From contig NVUH01000010.1 in assembly GCA_002401855.1 (NCBI GenBank), positions 19,009 to 83,008 of the forward strand: a DNA stretch of 64,000 nucleotides. The letters are read 5' to 3'. Shown here piece by piece: positions 9,447-18,526 of the stretch; position 1 is the first letter of the stretch, and each line of letters opens with the position of its first letter. The notes under the pieces are model-generated. The model saw only the letters and a list, made by a program, of their open reading frames with translations. It was not told the DNA's origin and did no database searches. The DNA is from Hyphomicrobiales bacterium (GTDB lineage Bacteria > Pseudomonadota > Alphaproteobacteria > Rhizobiales > OSC116). The translations under genes and the position numbers were made by a program.

Positions 9447-11342
9447 ATGGGGCGCAAAATGAAATTTGGCATGAATAGATTGTTAGACTTGGCGGCATAT
9501 GACGCGGATAATGCCAGCGGCGGGGCGAGAGGCGGGGCGTTTGACGCCAGTGGCCTGCCTGAGTGGGATTTTAGCTCGCTTTATACAGGGATGGATGATG
9601 CCAAGGTTGAGCAAGATTTTGCCAAAGCCAAGGCGGATATAGAGGTATTTGAACGAAATTTTAAAGGCCAGCTAGAAGGATTGTTGACATCGAGCCAGTC
9701 TAGCCCCGAACAACGCGCCGATATTTTGGCAAATGCAGTTAAACAATATGAGGATATGTCTGATTTGCTGGGCGGGATTATTTCTTATGCTTATTTGCTT
9801 TATGCCCAAGTGGCGACAGACCCTAAACGGATAAAATTTTTGGGCGATGTGCAAGAGAAACTGACAGAGCTTGGCACGCAAACCTTGTTTTTTGAGTTGG
9901 AGCTTAACCGCATTGATAGTGGTAAAATAGATGGTTTGCTGGCGTTTGATTCAGTTAGTCATTATGCACCTTGGCTTAAAGATATAAGACGTGAAAAACC
10001 TTATCAATTGTCTGATGAATTGGAGCAATTATTTGCTGAAAAATCAGTGACCGGCGGGCAGGCCTGGAATCGCTTGTTTGATGAAACCATGGCGGGTTTG
10101 CGTTTTGAGGTGGATGGTGAGGAGATGAGCGTCGAGAAAGTGCTTAATTTAATCACTTCACCTGAGGGTGCGACGCGCGAAAAAGCCGCTAAAGCCCTAT
10201 CCAAAACACTTGAAGATAATGGCCGTTTCTTTACCCATGTGACCAATGTGCTGGCTAAAGACAAAGCTATATCCGATAAATGGCGCGGCTTTGATGATGT
10301 TGCGGCCTCGCGGCATTTGGCCAATCGGGTCGAGCCTGAAGTGGTTGATGCGCTAGAGAATTCAGTGCGCAAAGCTTACCCAAAATTATCGCATAGATAT
10401 TATGCGCTCAAAGCCAAGTGGTTTGGCGTGGAGCAACTTAATCAGTGGGATCGCAATGCGCCCTTGCCCAATGTGCCGAGTGAAGATACAAGCTGGGATG
10501 ATGCCAAAAATATTATATTAGAAGCTTATCAAGAATTTTCGCCTGAAATGGCTGAAATTACCAAAAAGTTTTTTGATAATGGGTGGATTGATGCCAAATC
10601 GCGCGATGGCAAAGCGCCGGGGGCGTTTGCGCATCCAACTGTGCCCAGCAATCATCCATTCGTGATGATAAATTATTTAGGCCGCAAACGCGATGTGATG
10701 ACTTTGGCGCATGAATTGGGCCATGGGGTGCATCAATATTTAGCCAATGGGCAAGGCGCTTTAATGGCACCAACACCGTTGACATTGGCCGAAACGGCGA
10801 GTGTGTTTGGCGAAATGCTGACCTTTAGATCGATGCTTAAAAATGTAAAAACGGTTGAAGAAAAACGCTCTATGTTGGCGTCTAAGGTTGAGGATATGCT
10901 TAACACTGTTGTGCGGCAAATCAGCTTTTATAGTTTTGAGCGCAAAGTGCATATTGCGCGTAAAGATGGCGAGCTTACCACCGAGCAATTGGCCGAATTT
11001 TGGTTGGAGGTTTCGGCCGAAAGTCTAGGGCCATCGGTAAAGCTGAACCCAGGTTATGAACATTATTGGTCTTACATTCCGCATTTTATCCATAGTGCGT
11101 TTTATGTGTATGCTTATGCATTTGGCGATTGTTTGGTCAATTCGCTTTATGCACGTTATTTGGCCGAACCAGAAGGTTTTGCTGATAAATATTTTGATTT
11201 GCTCAAAGCGGGTGGCTCTCAACATCATAGCGAACTGCTTGCGCCGTTTGGGCTTAATGCCAGTGACGAGACATTTTGGGATATGGGGCTTGATGCCATC
11301 GGCGCACTGATTGATGAATTAGAGGCGCTAGAAGGCCAATAA
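9447..11342 (+). CDS. pepF: oligoendopeptidase F, M3 family
   Basis: 631 aa with zinc motif HELGHGVH. Overall length and architecture fit M3B PepF. The start could be ATG 9459 instead. Confidence 0.85.
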   Translation: MGRKMKFGMNRLLDLAAYDADNASGGARGGAFDASGLPEWDFSSLYTGMDDAKVEQDFAKAKADIEVFERNFKGQLEGLLTSSQSSPEQRADILANAVKQYEDMSDLLGGIISYAYLLYAQVATDPKRIKFLGDVQEKLTELGTQTLFFELELNRIDSGKIDGLLAFDSVSHYAPWLKDIRREKPYQLSDELEQLFAEKSVTGGQAWNRLFDETMAGLRFEVDGEEMSVEKVLNLITSPEGATREKAAKALSKTLEDNGRFFTHVTNVLAKDKAISDKWRGFDDVAASRHLANRVEPEVVDALENSVRKAYPKLSHRYYALKAKWFGVEQLNQWDRNAPLPNVPSEDTSWDDAKNIILEAYQEFSPEMAEITKKFFDNGWIDAKSRDGKAPGAFAHPTVPSNHPFVMINYLGRKRDVMTLAHELGHGVHQYLANGQGALMAPTPLTLAETASVFGEMLTFRSMLKNVKTVEEKRSMLASKVEDMLNTVVRQISFYSFERKVHIARKDGELTTEQLAEFWLEVSAESLGPSVKLNPGYEHYWSYIPHFIHSAFYVYAYAFGDCLVNSLYARYLAEPEGFADKYFDLLKAGGSQHHSELLAPFGLNASDETFWDMGLDAIGALIDELEALEGQ

Positions 11343-11458
11343 ATACAAAAAATAGCTGTAAAATTACTGCTACCATTGGATAAAAAAACCAAATTATCTT
11401 AGACAATTTAACTGACCTGGTCTAAATGTATGAGATAAGAATTTTAGAAAGGCTAATC

Positions 11459-11596
11459 ATGACCAAAAAACAACATCCAGCAATGGACTATAAAATGCAT
11501 AATGAAATGTATGCGACCTTTATTAAAGGTTCGATATATACGGGCATTTTTTGTATTGTGCTTACCATTTGGGCAGTGATTGCCATCGCCACTTAA
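11459..11596 (+). CDS. small membrane protein, aa3-type cytochrome oxidase subunit IV-like
   Basis: 45-aa ORF not in the track: MTKKQHPAMDYKMHNEMYATFIKGSIYTGIFCIVLTIWAVIAIAT. The HPAMDY..H...Y..F motif plus a single TM helix matches the small COX4_pro_2-type family, which I recall sitting upstream of pntA in Alphaproteobacteria. Confidence 0.6.
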   Translation: MTKKQHPAMDYKMHNEMYATFIKGSIYTGIFCIVLTIWAVIAIAT

Positions 11597-11650
11597 TCAA
11601 TGTTATTTAATATAATGTTACTTAATACAATGTCATTTAATATAATGTCC
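11591..11650 (+). repeat. Tandem 15-bp direct repeats (about 3.5-4 units) upstream of pntA
   Basis: aatgttatttaatat (11599-11613), aatgttacttaatac (11614-11628), aatgtcatttaatat (11629-11643), aatgtcc (11644-11650), preceded by the partial unit acttaatc. The array contains two TATAAT hexamers. Confidence 0.85.
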
Positions 11651-11673
11651 TTGGCTTTTAGGGAGACTGTCTT

Positions 11674-12813
11674 ATGAAGATTGTCATAACAGCTGAACGC
11701 TCAGCAGATGAAACGCGTGTGGCTATATCACCAATGACCGTGCAAAAATATGTCGGTTTAGGGTTTGATGTGGTTATCGAAAAAGATGCGGGTTTAAAGG
11801 CTGATTTTATCGATCAGGCTTATATTGATGCAGGTGCGTCAATTGAAAAAAACCTCAAAAAATTAGTTAAAGATGCTGATGTTTTGTTATCAGTATTGCG
11901 CCCTACGGCCGAAGAACTTGCTGACTTGCCAGACACAGCAATTGTTGTGGCGATGCTTGACCCTTATGAGGGTGAAAAAGAATTAGCTGAACTGACCAAA
12001 AGCGGCAAAACTAGCTTTGCGATGGAATTGATGCCACGTATATCGCGTGCCCAAAGCATGGATGTTTTATCCTCGCAATCTAACCTAGCGGGTTATAAAT
12101 CGGTGCTGGAAGCGGCATCCGAATTTGGTCGTGCCTTTCCGATGATGATGACGGCAGCGGGCACCATTGCTCCAGCTCGGGTGTTCATTATGGGTGTGGG
12201 TGTTGCGGGCTTGCAAGCCATTGCGACAGCAAGACGTTTGGGCGCGATTGTAACGGCGACCGATGTTCGCATGGCAACCAAAGAGCAAGTTGAAAGCCTT
12301 GGTGCTGAATTTGTGATGGTTGAACCTGATGCTGATGATGAAGGTGAAACAGCTGGCGGCTATGCCAAAGAGATGAGTGACGATTATAAAAAACGTCAAG
12401 CTGAATTGGTAGCTGGTCATATTAAGAAGCAAGATATTGTGATTACGACGGCGCTTATTCCTGGTCGTCCTGCTCCTGAGTTGATTAGCAAAGCTATGGT
12501 TGAAAGTATGAAGCAAGGCAGCATCATTGTTGACCTTGCGACTTCACGCGGTGGCAATACGCCACTGTCTAAAAAAGATAAAGTGATCATTCATAAGGGT
12601 GTGAAAATAATTGGTTATGCCAATCTTGCAGGCCGTTTGGCGCAAGATGCTTCTAACCTTTATTCCCGTAACTTGCTGAATTTTATAAGCTCTTTGCTGA
12701 GCGAAGATAAGACCAAGTTAGAAATTGATTGGGAAGATGATATTATTACGGGCACTTTGTTGACCAAGGGCGGCAAATTGGTGCATGAATTTTACAATAA
12801 GGGAGATGCCTAA
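11674..12813 (+). CDS. pntA: NAD(P) transhydrogenase subunit alpha part 1 (PntAA)
   Basis: 379 aa, alanine-dehydrogenase/PNT fold with a Rossmann motif (GVGVAGLQA). Followed by PntAB and PntB. Confidence 0.9.
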   Translation: MKIVITAERSADETRVAISPMTVQKYVGLGFDVVIEKDAGLKADFIDQAYIDAGASIEKNLKKLVKDADVLLSVLRPTAEELADLPDTAIVVAMLDPYEGEKELAELTKSGKTSFAMELMPRISRAQSMDVLSSQSNLAGYKSVLEAASEFGRAFPMMMTAAGTIAPARVFIMGVGVAGLQAIATARRLGAIVTATDVRMATKEQVESLGAEFVMVEPDADDEGETAGGYAKEMSDDYKKRQAELVAGHIKKQDIVITTALIPGRPAPELISKAMVESMKQGSIIVDLATSRGGNTPLSKKDKVIIHKGVKIIGYANLAGRLAQDASNLYSRNLLNFISSLLSEDKTKLEIDWEDDIITGTLLTKGGKLVHEFYNKGDA

Positions 12814-13256
12814 TGGCTGATTTATCACCCGCACAAGCGCTGGAACGCGCACAAGCCGCAGCAGAGGCCGCGCAAGATGCAGCCGTTGCCGCGCAAGGCT
12901 ATGCTGATGGCATTGCCGATACAATTGCCGCAGGCTCTGAAGCCGCTATGCAAATGGCAGGCGGCAGCACGGGCATTGACCCGTTTATGTTTAGATTGGC
13001 GATTTTTGTGTTGTCTATCTTTATTGGTTATTTTGTGGTGTGGAGCGTTACGCCCGCATTGCACACGCCGCTTATGGCGGTGACCAATGCGATTAGCTCA
13101 GTGATTGTGGTCGGTGCCTTGGTTGGCGTGGCTGCAGATGCTTCGGGCATTGCAAGTACATTCGGTTTGGTTGGCTTGGTATTGGCATCGGTCAATATTT
13201 TTGGCGGCTTTTTAGTCACCCAACGCATGCTTGCCATGTATCGTAAAAAAAATTAG
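12813..13256 (+). CDS. NAD(P) transhydrogenase subunit alpha part 2 (PntAB, membrane)
   Basis: 147 aa. ATG overlaps the pntAA stop (taATGg). The C-terminal half has multiple TM helices and ends ...FGGFLVTQRMLAMYRKK, typical of PntAB. Confidence 0.85.
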   Translation: MADLSPAQALERAQAAAEAAQDAAVAAQGYADGIADTIAAGSEAAMQMAGGSTGIDPFMFRLAIFVLSIFIGYFVVWSVTPALHTPLMAVTNAISSVIVVGALVGVAADASGIASTFGLVGLVLASVNIFGGFLVTQRMLAMYRKKN

Positions 13257-13262
13257 GAGAAG

Positions 13263-14663
13263 ATGATGAGTGCTAATTTAATTGCGTTTTTATATCTTGT
13301 ATCTGGGGTGTTATTCATTCTGTCATTACACGGTCTAAGTTCACCTGAAACCGCGCGTCGCGGCAACTATTTGGGCATGGTCGGTATGGCCATTGCTATT
13401 GTGACCACATTGATTATGGCAGGGCCATCAACCTTAGAAGGTTGGGGCATGTTGGTTGGCGGCTTGGCGCTTGGTGGCATTATTGGTGGGGTGATTGCGC
13501 GCAAGATCTCGATGACCAATATGCCACAGCTTGTGGCGGCTTTTCATAGCTTGGTTGGTCTGGCTGCGGTGTTTGTGGCAGCCTCTGCGCTTTACGCGCC
13601 AGCGGCGTTTGGCATTGGCGAGGTTGGTCATATTCATATGACTAGTTTGGTTGAAATGTCATTAGGCGTGGCGATCGGTGCGATTACCTTTACAGGTTCG
13701 CTGATTGCGTTTGCTAAATTGCAAGGTTTAATGTCTGGCACACCGATCATTCTGCCTGCACGGCATTTGATTAATATTGTTTTGGCCGTGACGATGGTTG
13801 GTTTGGTTGTCTATTTCGCGATGACTGAAAATACCGATTTATTCTGGGCGATTGTGGTTGTCTCCGGTTTGCTTGGTTTCTTAATCATCATTCCTATCGG
13901 TGGTGCGGATATGCCTGTTGTGGTGTCTATGTTGAATTCATATTCAGGTTGGGCAGCGGCTGGCATTGGTTTTACCTTGGGCAATACAGCGCTCATCGTA
14001 ACAGGGGCTTTAGTCGGCTCATCAGGTGCGATTCTTTCCTATATCATGTGTAAAGCCATGAACCGCTCTTTCATCAGCGTTATCTTAGGCGGTTTTGGTG
14101 ATGTCGGCACAGGTGGTGGTGGTGACGAAGAGGAAACCCGCCCGGTCAAACAAGGTAGTGCCGATGATGCGGCGTTTATCATGAAAAACGCCAATAAAGT
14201 GATCATTGTACCAGGTTATGGTATGGCGGTGGCACAAGCCCAACATGCATTGCGTGAAATGGCTGATGTGCTTAAAGGGCATGGCGTGAAAGTGGCTTAT
14301 GCTATTCATCCTGTGGCTGGCCGCATGCCAGGTCATATGAATGTTTTGCTTGCAGAAGCCAATGTGCCATATGACGAAGTGTTTGAGCTTGAAGACATTA
14401 ATAATGACTTTGCACAAGCAGACGTGGCATTTGTGATCGGGGCCAATGATGTGACCAACCCCTCAGCCAAAACTGACCCTCAAAGCCCAATTTACGGCAT
14501 GCCAATTTTGGATGTTGAAAAAGCCGGTACTGTGTTGTTTGTTAAGCGTGGTATGGGTAAAGGCTATGCGGGCGTGCAAAATGAAGTGTTCTTCCGTGAC
14601 AATACAATGATGTTATTCTCTGACGCTAAGAAAATGGTCGAAGACATTATTAAGGCGCTGTAG
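13263..14663 (+). CDS. pntB: NAD(P) transhydrogenase subunit beta
   Basis: 466 aa with an N-terminal polytopic membrane domain. C-terminal dIII NADP(H) domain shows [13 protein letters not shown] and GANDVTNP. Confidence 0.95.
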   Translation: MMSANLIAFLYLVSGVLFILSLHGLSSPETARRGNYLGMVGMAIAIVTTLIMAGPSTLEGWGMLVGGLALGGIIGGVIARKISMTNMPQLVAAFHSLVGLAAVFVAASALYAPAAFGIGEVGHIHMTSLVEMSLGVAIGAITFTGSLIAFAKLQGLMSGTPIILPARHLINIVLAVTMVGLVVYFAMTENTDLFWAIVVVSGLLGFLIIIPIGGADMPVVVSMLNSYSGWAAAGIGFTLGNTALIVTGALVGSSGAILSYIMCKAMNRSFISVILGGFGDVGTGGGGDEEETRPVKQGSADDAAFIMKNANKVIIVPGYGMAVAQAQHALREMADVLKGHGVKVAYAIHPVAGRMPGHMNVLLAEANVPYDEVFELEDINNDFAQADVAFVIGANDVTNPSAKTDPQSPIYGMPILDVEKAGTVLFVKRGMGKGYAGVQNEVFFRDNTMMLFSDAKKMVEDIIKAL

Positions 14664-14686
14664 GGCTTTTAAAATATAATCAAAAT

Positions 14687-14720
14687 AAAAGGCGAGATGT
14701 TTTTACATCTCGCCTTTTTT
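14687..14720. terminator. Bidirectional terminator between pntB and the TPR lipoprotein gene
   Basis: Stem ggcgagatgt / acatctcgcc with loop tttt, flanked by an A-run and a T-run. Confidence 0.8.
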
Positions 14721-14743
14721 GATTCCAAATTTATAATGAGGTT

Positions 14744-15556
14744 TTATGCCTTGGCTAGATTGGTCAATTGCACGCGGGCATTGGCGCGGCCACGGACGGC
14801 TTCTTTAGAGTTTGGTACGCGGCGAGCGGCGTTGTTATAAGCGGTATAAGCGTCTTGCCAATCATTTAACTTGGCTGAAGCGCGCGCCAAATTGATATAG
14901 GCATCATATGATTTTGGCATGATGCGAGATGCGGTTTCAAAATCACCTTTGGCGGCGTTATAATTACGTAATGCATAATTAGACACCCCACGGGCGTAGA
15001 ATATTTGCGCGACGTTAGAGCTGAAATTCATAGCTTGATTAAAGCTTACAATGGCACCCGTGTGGTTGCCACGTTTTTGATGAATGGCGCCGATTTGGAA
15101 ATAAGCACGCGGGTTATAGCTGTTAATGCCTATGGCTTGGTTATAGGCGGTCAGAGCGGCGCTGTAGCGGCGCAATAAGCGCAATGCATTGCCTTTGGCA
15201 ACATAGGCTTTGTCATAATTTGGGTTGAGCTTAATGGCTTGGTTAAAGTCGGTAATCGCATCGCTATATCGTTTGAGTTTAATCGAGGCTAAGCCGCGGT
15301 TGTAATATGGTTGTGGTGCATTGGGCGAAACTTTAATGGCAGTGCTAAAGCTATTATAAGCTTCGTTATAGCGCTCATAACTAGCAAGGCCTGCGCCCAA
15401 ATTATTATGTGAACGGCCAAATTCTGGGTTGCGCTGTACTGCTGATGAAAGCGATGTTAAATCGGTGTTCACTGGAGAGTCGATGGCTTGGCAAGCGACC
15501 AAAGCGAATAGGCTGGTGGCAGCTAGGCTAGTTTTCACTATGGTTTTGAATTTCAA
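14744..15556 (-). CDS. TPR-repeat lipoprotein
   Basis: 270 aa with a signal peptide and lipobox (LFALVAC). Followed by about 6 TPR units (repeated A..Y/F N.A pattern). Confidence 0.75.
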   Translation of the reverse strand: MKFKTIVKTSLAATSLFALVACQAIDSPVNTDLTSLSSAVQRNPEFGRSHNNLGAGLASYERYNEAYNSFSTAIKVSPNAPQPYYNRGLASIKLKRYSDAITDFNQAIKLNPNYDKAYVAKGNALRLLRRYSAALTAYNQAIGINSYNPRAYFQIGAIHQKRGNHTGAIVSFNQAMNFSSNVAQIFYARGVSNYALRNYNAAKGDFETASRIMPKSYDAYINLARASAKLNDWQDAYTAYNNAARRVPNSKEAVRGRANARVQLTNLAKA

Positions 15557-15705
15557 AATATTTCCAACTTCAAAAATTTATGGTTAATGAGTGTATAAAT
15601 TAGTTTCTACTCAAATCATGTAATAAAAGTAAATATTTTCTATTTGGTAAATAATGTTGCAAAAATCGCACAAAATTACTGAATAGACAAATCAACAGTA
15701 TTTTG

Positions 15706-15738
15706 ACAAATAAAAAGGCCACCTAGAGGTGACCTTTG
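15706..15738 (-). terminator. Terminator after rpsU (minus strand)
   Basis: Imperfect stem aaaggccacct / aggtgaccttt, with a T-run on the minus strand. Confidence 0.55.
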
Positions 15739-15772
15739 AAACTATATAAGCTATGTGGCTAAAATATGTCGC

Positions 15773-16000
15773 TTAATACATGCGACCTTTGCCCATAATC
15801 ATACCTTCGCGTTGAGCTTTTTTACGAGCCAATTTACGTGTGCGGCGAATGGCTTCAGCTTTTTCACGAGCCTTTTTCTCAGATGGCTTTTCAAAATGTC
15901 CGCGTAATTTCATTTCACGGAAGATGCCTTCGCGTTGCATTTTCTTTTTCAAAGCACGTAGGGCTTGGTCAACATTATTATCACGAACGAGTACTTGCAC
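15773..16000 (-). CDS. rpsU: 30S ribosomal protein S21
   Basis: 75 aa: [31 protein letters not shown]... Confidence 0.95.
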   Translation of the reverse strand: MQVLVRDNNVDQALRALKKKMQREGIFREMKLRGHFEKPSEKKAREKAEAIRRTRKLARKKAQREGMIMGKGRMY

Positions 16001-16156
16001 TATGTATTTTCCTGTTTCATATGCGTCTTGATAAAGACTAAATTTCGTACTGCCAATTTTGCAGTGAATTAATTGTCACTCAAATATCAAATATTTGGTC
16101 ATTTGTCTAGGCGTAAACTCATAATAATACAAATATTAAAGGATTTACACCTGAAT

Positions 16157-17266
16157 CTAGCCCTTGGGTTGGCCCAAAGGGTATAAAAGGTTGATATGCC
16201 CCATTTTGCGGCCTGGTTTAATATCAGCTTTACCATAAAGGTGAATGTGGGCATTTTCTTGGCTGGCATAGTCTGCGGCTTTGTTCACATCATCGCCAAT
16301 TAGGTTTTTCATTACCACATCGCTGTGGCGCTTGGTTGTGCCGAGCGGCATATTGGTGATGGCACGAATGTGTTGCTCAAATTGCGAAATATAACAGGCA
16401 TCTTGTGTCCAATGGCCACTATTATGCACGCGTGGGGCAATTTCGTTAACAATTAATGGGTTGTTGGCGATCGATGATACAAATAATTCAACGCCCATTA
16501 TGCCGACATAATCTAAGCCTCTGATGATGTTGGTTGCCAAGGCTGCGGCTTGGTCTTTAATGAAAGGCGCGACATTGGCAGGAATGGTCGAAATGTCCAA
16601 TATATGGTTTTTATGGTCATTTTCCGATGGTTCATAAATGGCCACATTGTCATTAACATCACGCGCGATGATGACCGAGATTTCAAGATCGAAATCGATA
16701 AAACCTTCGAGAATGCAATCTGCGTATATATTGCTTGCAATCAGCTTATAAGCTTCAGCCACATCATTTTTGGTTTTAATCGCCACTTGGCCTTTGCCAT
16801 CATAGCCCATGGTGCGGGTTTTTAGTATGGCGGGTAGGCCGAGCTGTATAATGGCGGCATCTAAATCGGTTTTACTGGCGACATTGGCATAGGGTGCGGT
16901 TTGGGTGCCGACTTTGTTGAGATAATCTTTTTCAACCAAACGGTCTTGCGCGGTTTGCAGAGATTTCAAATTGGGGTGGACGCTCACCAAGCCATTTAAA
17001 TAAGCAATGGTGGCGGCGGGAATGTTTTCAAATTCATAAGTGATGACATCGACTTTATTGGCAAAGGCTCTGAGTTTTACCTCGTCATCATAAGCGCCAA
17101 CAATGTTGTTATGGCAGACATCGAGAGCGGGGCCGTTGTCTTCGGGGCAATAAATACATGTTTTATAACCCAATGGTGCGGCCGCCAAGCTTAACATGCG
17201 TGCCAATTGCCCACCGCCCAAAATGCCGATGGTGCTATTTGTGGGTAAAGCTTGTTGGTGTGCCAT
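16157..17266 (-). CDS. purK: 5-(carboxyamino)imidazole ribonucleotide synthase
   Basis: 369 aa, ATP-grasp fold (GILGGGQLARM, GYDGKGQ). Directly downstream of purE. Confidence 0.9.
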   Translation of the reverse strand: MAHQQALPTNSTIGILGGGQLARMLSLAAAPLGYKTCIYCPEDNGPALDVCHNNIVGAYDDEVKLRAFANKVDVITYEFENIPAATIAYLNGLVSVHPNLKSLQTAQDRLVEKDYLNKVGTQTAPYANVASKTDLDAAIIQLGLPAILKTRTMGYDGKGQVAIKTKNDVAEAYKLIASNIYADCILEGFIDFDLEISVIIARDVNDNVAIYEPSENDHKNHILDISTIPANVAPFIKDQAAALATNIIRGLDYVGIMGVELFVSSIANNPLIVNEIAPRVHNSGHWTQDACYISQFEQHIRAITNMPLGTTKRHSDVVMKNLIGDDVNKAADYASQENAHIHLYGKADIKPGRKMGHINLLYPLGQPKG

Positions 17267-17273
17267 GTCAGTT

Positions 17274-17771
17274 TCAATCTGTTGGAGTTAGGGCGATGCT
17301 GTCGGTAATGGTTTGGCGATAGGTGGCTAAGCGCGTGGCAATGGCTTCATCGTGTAAGGCGATGACAGATGCGGCTAGAAGAGCTGCGTTAATCGCGCCT
17401 GCTTTGCCAATGGCTAAAGTGCCGACGGGTATGCCGCCTGGCATTTGCACGATGGATAACAGACTATCTTGCCCGCCTAAAGCTTTGGTTTCAATCGGCA
17501 CGCCAAATACGGGTAGGGCGGTCATTGATGCGACCATGCCGGGTAAATGTGCTGCGCCACCTGCGCCTGCGATGATGACATTAAGGCCATTATCTTTGGC
17601 ATTTTTGGCATATTCATACATGCGGTCAGGTGTGCGATGCGCCGAGATGATTTTGGCCTCATAGGCGATGTTTAATTCGTCTAGGATATCGGCAGCGTGT
17701 TTCATAATCGGCCAATCAGATTGACTGCCCATAATGATGCTTATTTTTGCAGAATTTTCAGCCATTGCCAT
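17274..17771 (-). CDS. purE: 5-(carboxyamino)imidazole ribonucleotide mutase
   Basis: 165 aa with class I PurE motifs: [25 protein letters not shown]. Confidence 0.95.
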   Translation of the reverse strand: MAMAENSAKISIIMGSQSDWPIMKHAADILDELNIAYEAKIISAHRTPDRMYEYAKNAKDNGLNVIIAGAGGAAHLPGMVASMTALPVFGVPIETKALGGQDSLLSIVQMPGGIPVGTLAIGKAGAINAALLAASVIALHDEAIATRLATYRQTITDSIALTPTD

Positions 17772-17835
17772 TCCTCAATAATTCTTTTGTTTCTTTTTAT
17801 GAGTTTGTGGCTAAGGATGCAATTGTTAATTGAGT

Positions 17836-18054
17836 TTATGCGATTATGTCTGGGATCAATTTATCATTGAGTGTTTCGATCACCGCTTTGATTTGATCAC
17901 GGCGGTTGATGAGTTTTTGCATTTGAATGTCCAGATGCTGGTCGGTTTGGTGCATCGAATTGATGGTCATCTTTAAATCTCGGTGCTCTTGGCACAGCCG
18001 AGAAATAATTTTTACCAAATGATTTTTTTCAATTTCATTCATTGTAAAGCCCAA
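17836..18054 (-). CDS. DUF465 (YdcH-like) small coiled-coil protein
   Basis: 72 aa. EHRDL... and the C-terminal LIPDIIA ending are typical of alphaproteobacterial DUF465 proteins. Confidence 0.6.
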   Translation of the reverse strand: MGFTMNEIEKNHLVKIISRLCQEHRDLKMTINSMHQTDQHLDIQMQKLINRRDQIKAVIETLNDKLIPDIIA

Positions 18055-18194
18055 AAATTACTCAAAACATAGTTGTATAGAACCAACTTATCTATATTTG
18101 CTTAAAATTTAATAAAAAATTCTCTGTGAAATATTTGATTTATTAAAATTTATATGCAAAGATTCGTATGTTAACCACTTAAGGAGGTATAAAA

Positions 18195-18371
18195 ATGGCT
18201 CTGGAAGCGCATTTGAATGAATTGAAATTAAAGCATAAACAGATGAAGACTCAAATACTGAGTGAAAATAAATTCCCATCGGTGGATGAAACCAAGGTCA
18301 ATGATTTAAAACGACAGAAAATGCGCATAAAAGAGGAAATATCGAGCATAGAGGCAAGAGCTGCCAGTTAG
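18195..18371 (+). CDS. DUF465 (YdcH-like) small coiled-coil protein
   Basis: 58-aa ORF not in the track: MALEAHLNELKLKHKQMKTQILSENKFPSVDETKVNDLKRQKMRIKEEISSIEARAAS. Strong RBS aaggagg 8 nt upstream. The LKRQK..IK.EI pattern fits DUF465. Confidence 0.6.
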   Translation: MALEAHLNELKLKHKQMKTQILSENKFPSVDETKVNDLKRQKMRIKEEISSIEARAAS

Positions 18372-18526
18372 CTAGTTTTCCATTTTAAAGATTTACGCCT
18401 TGTTTCATGAAAATGGAGCAAGGTTTTTTTGTTTTAGACATTATGAATTTCAGACATATGTCTCATATTATTTAACAAGTATACTTGTTAAAAGTACCAT
18501 ACGGTAGCGAATGGAGGGCGTGGCGA

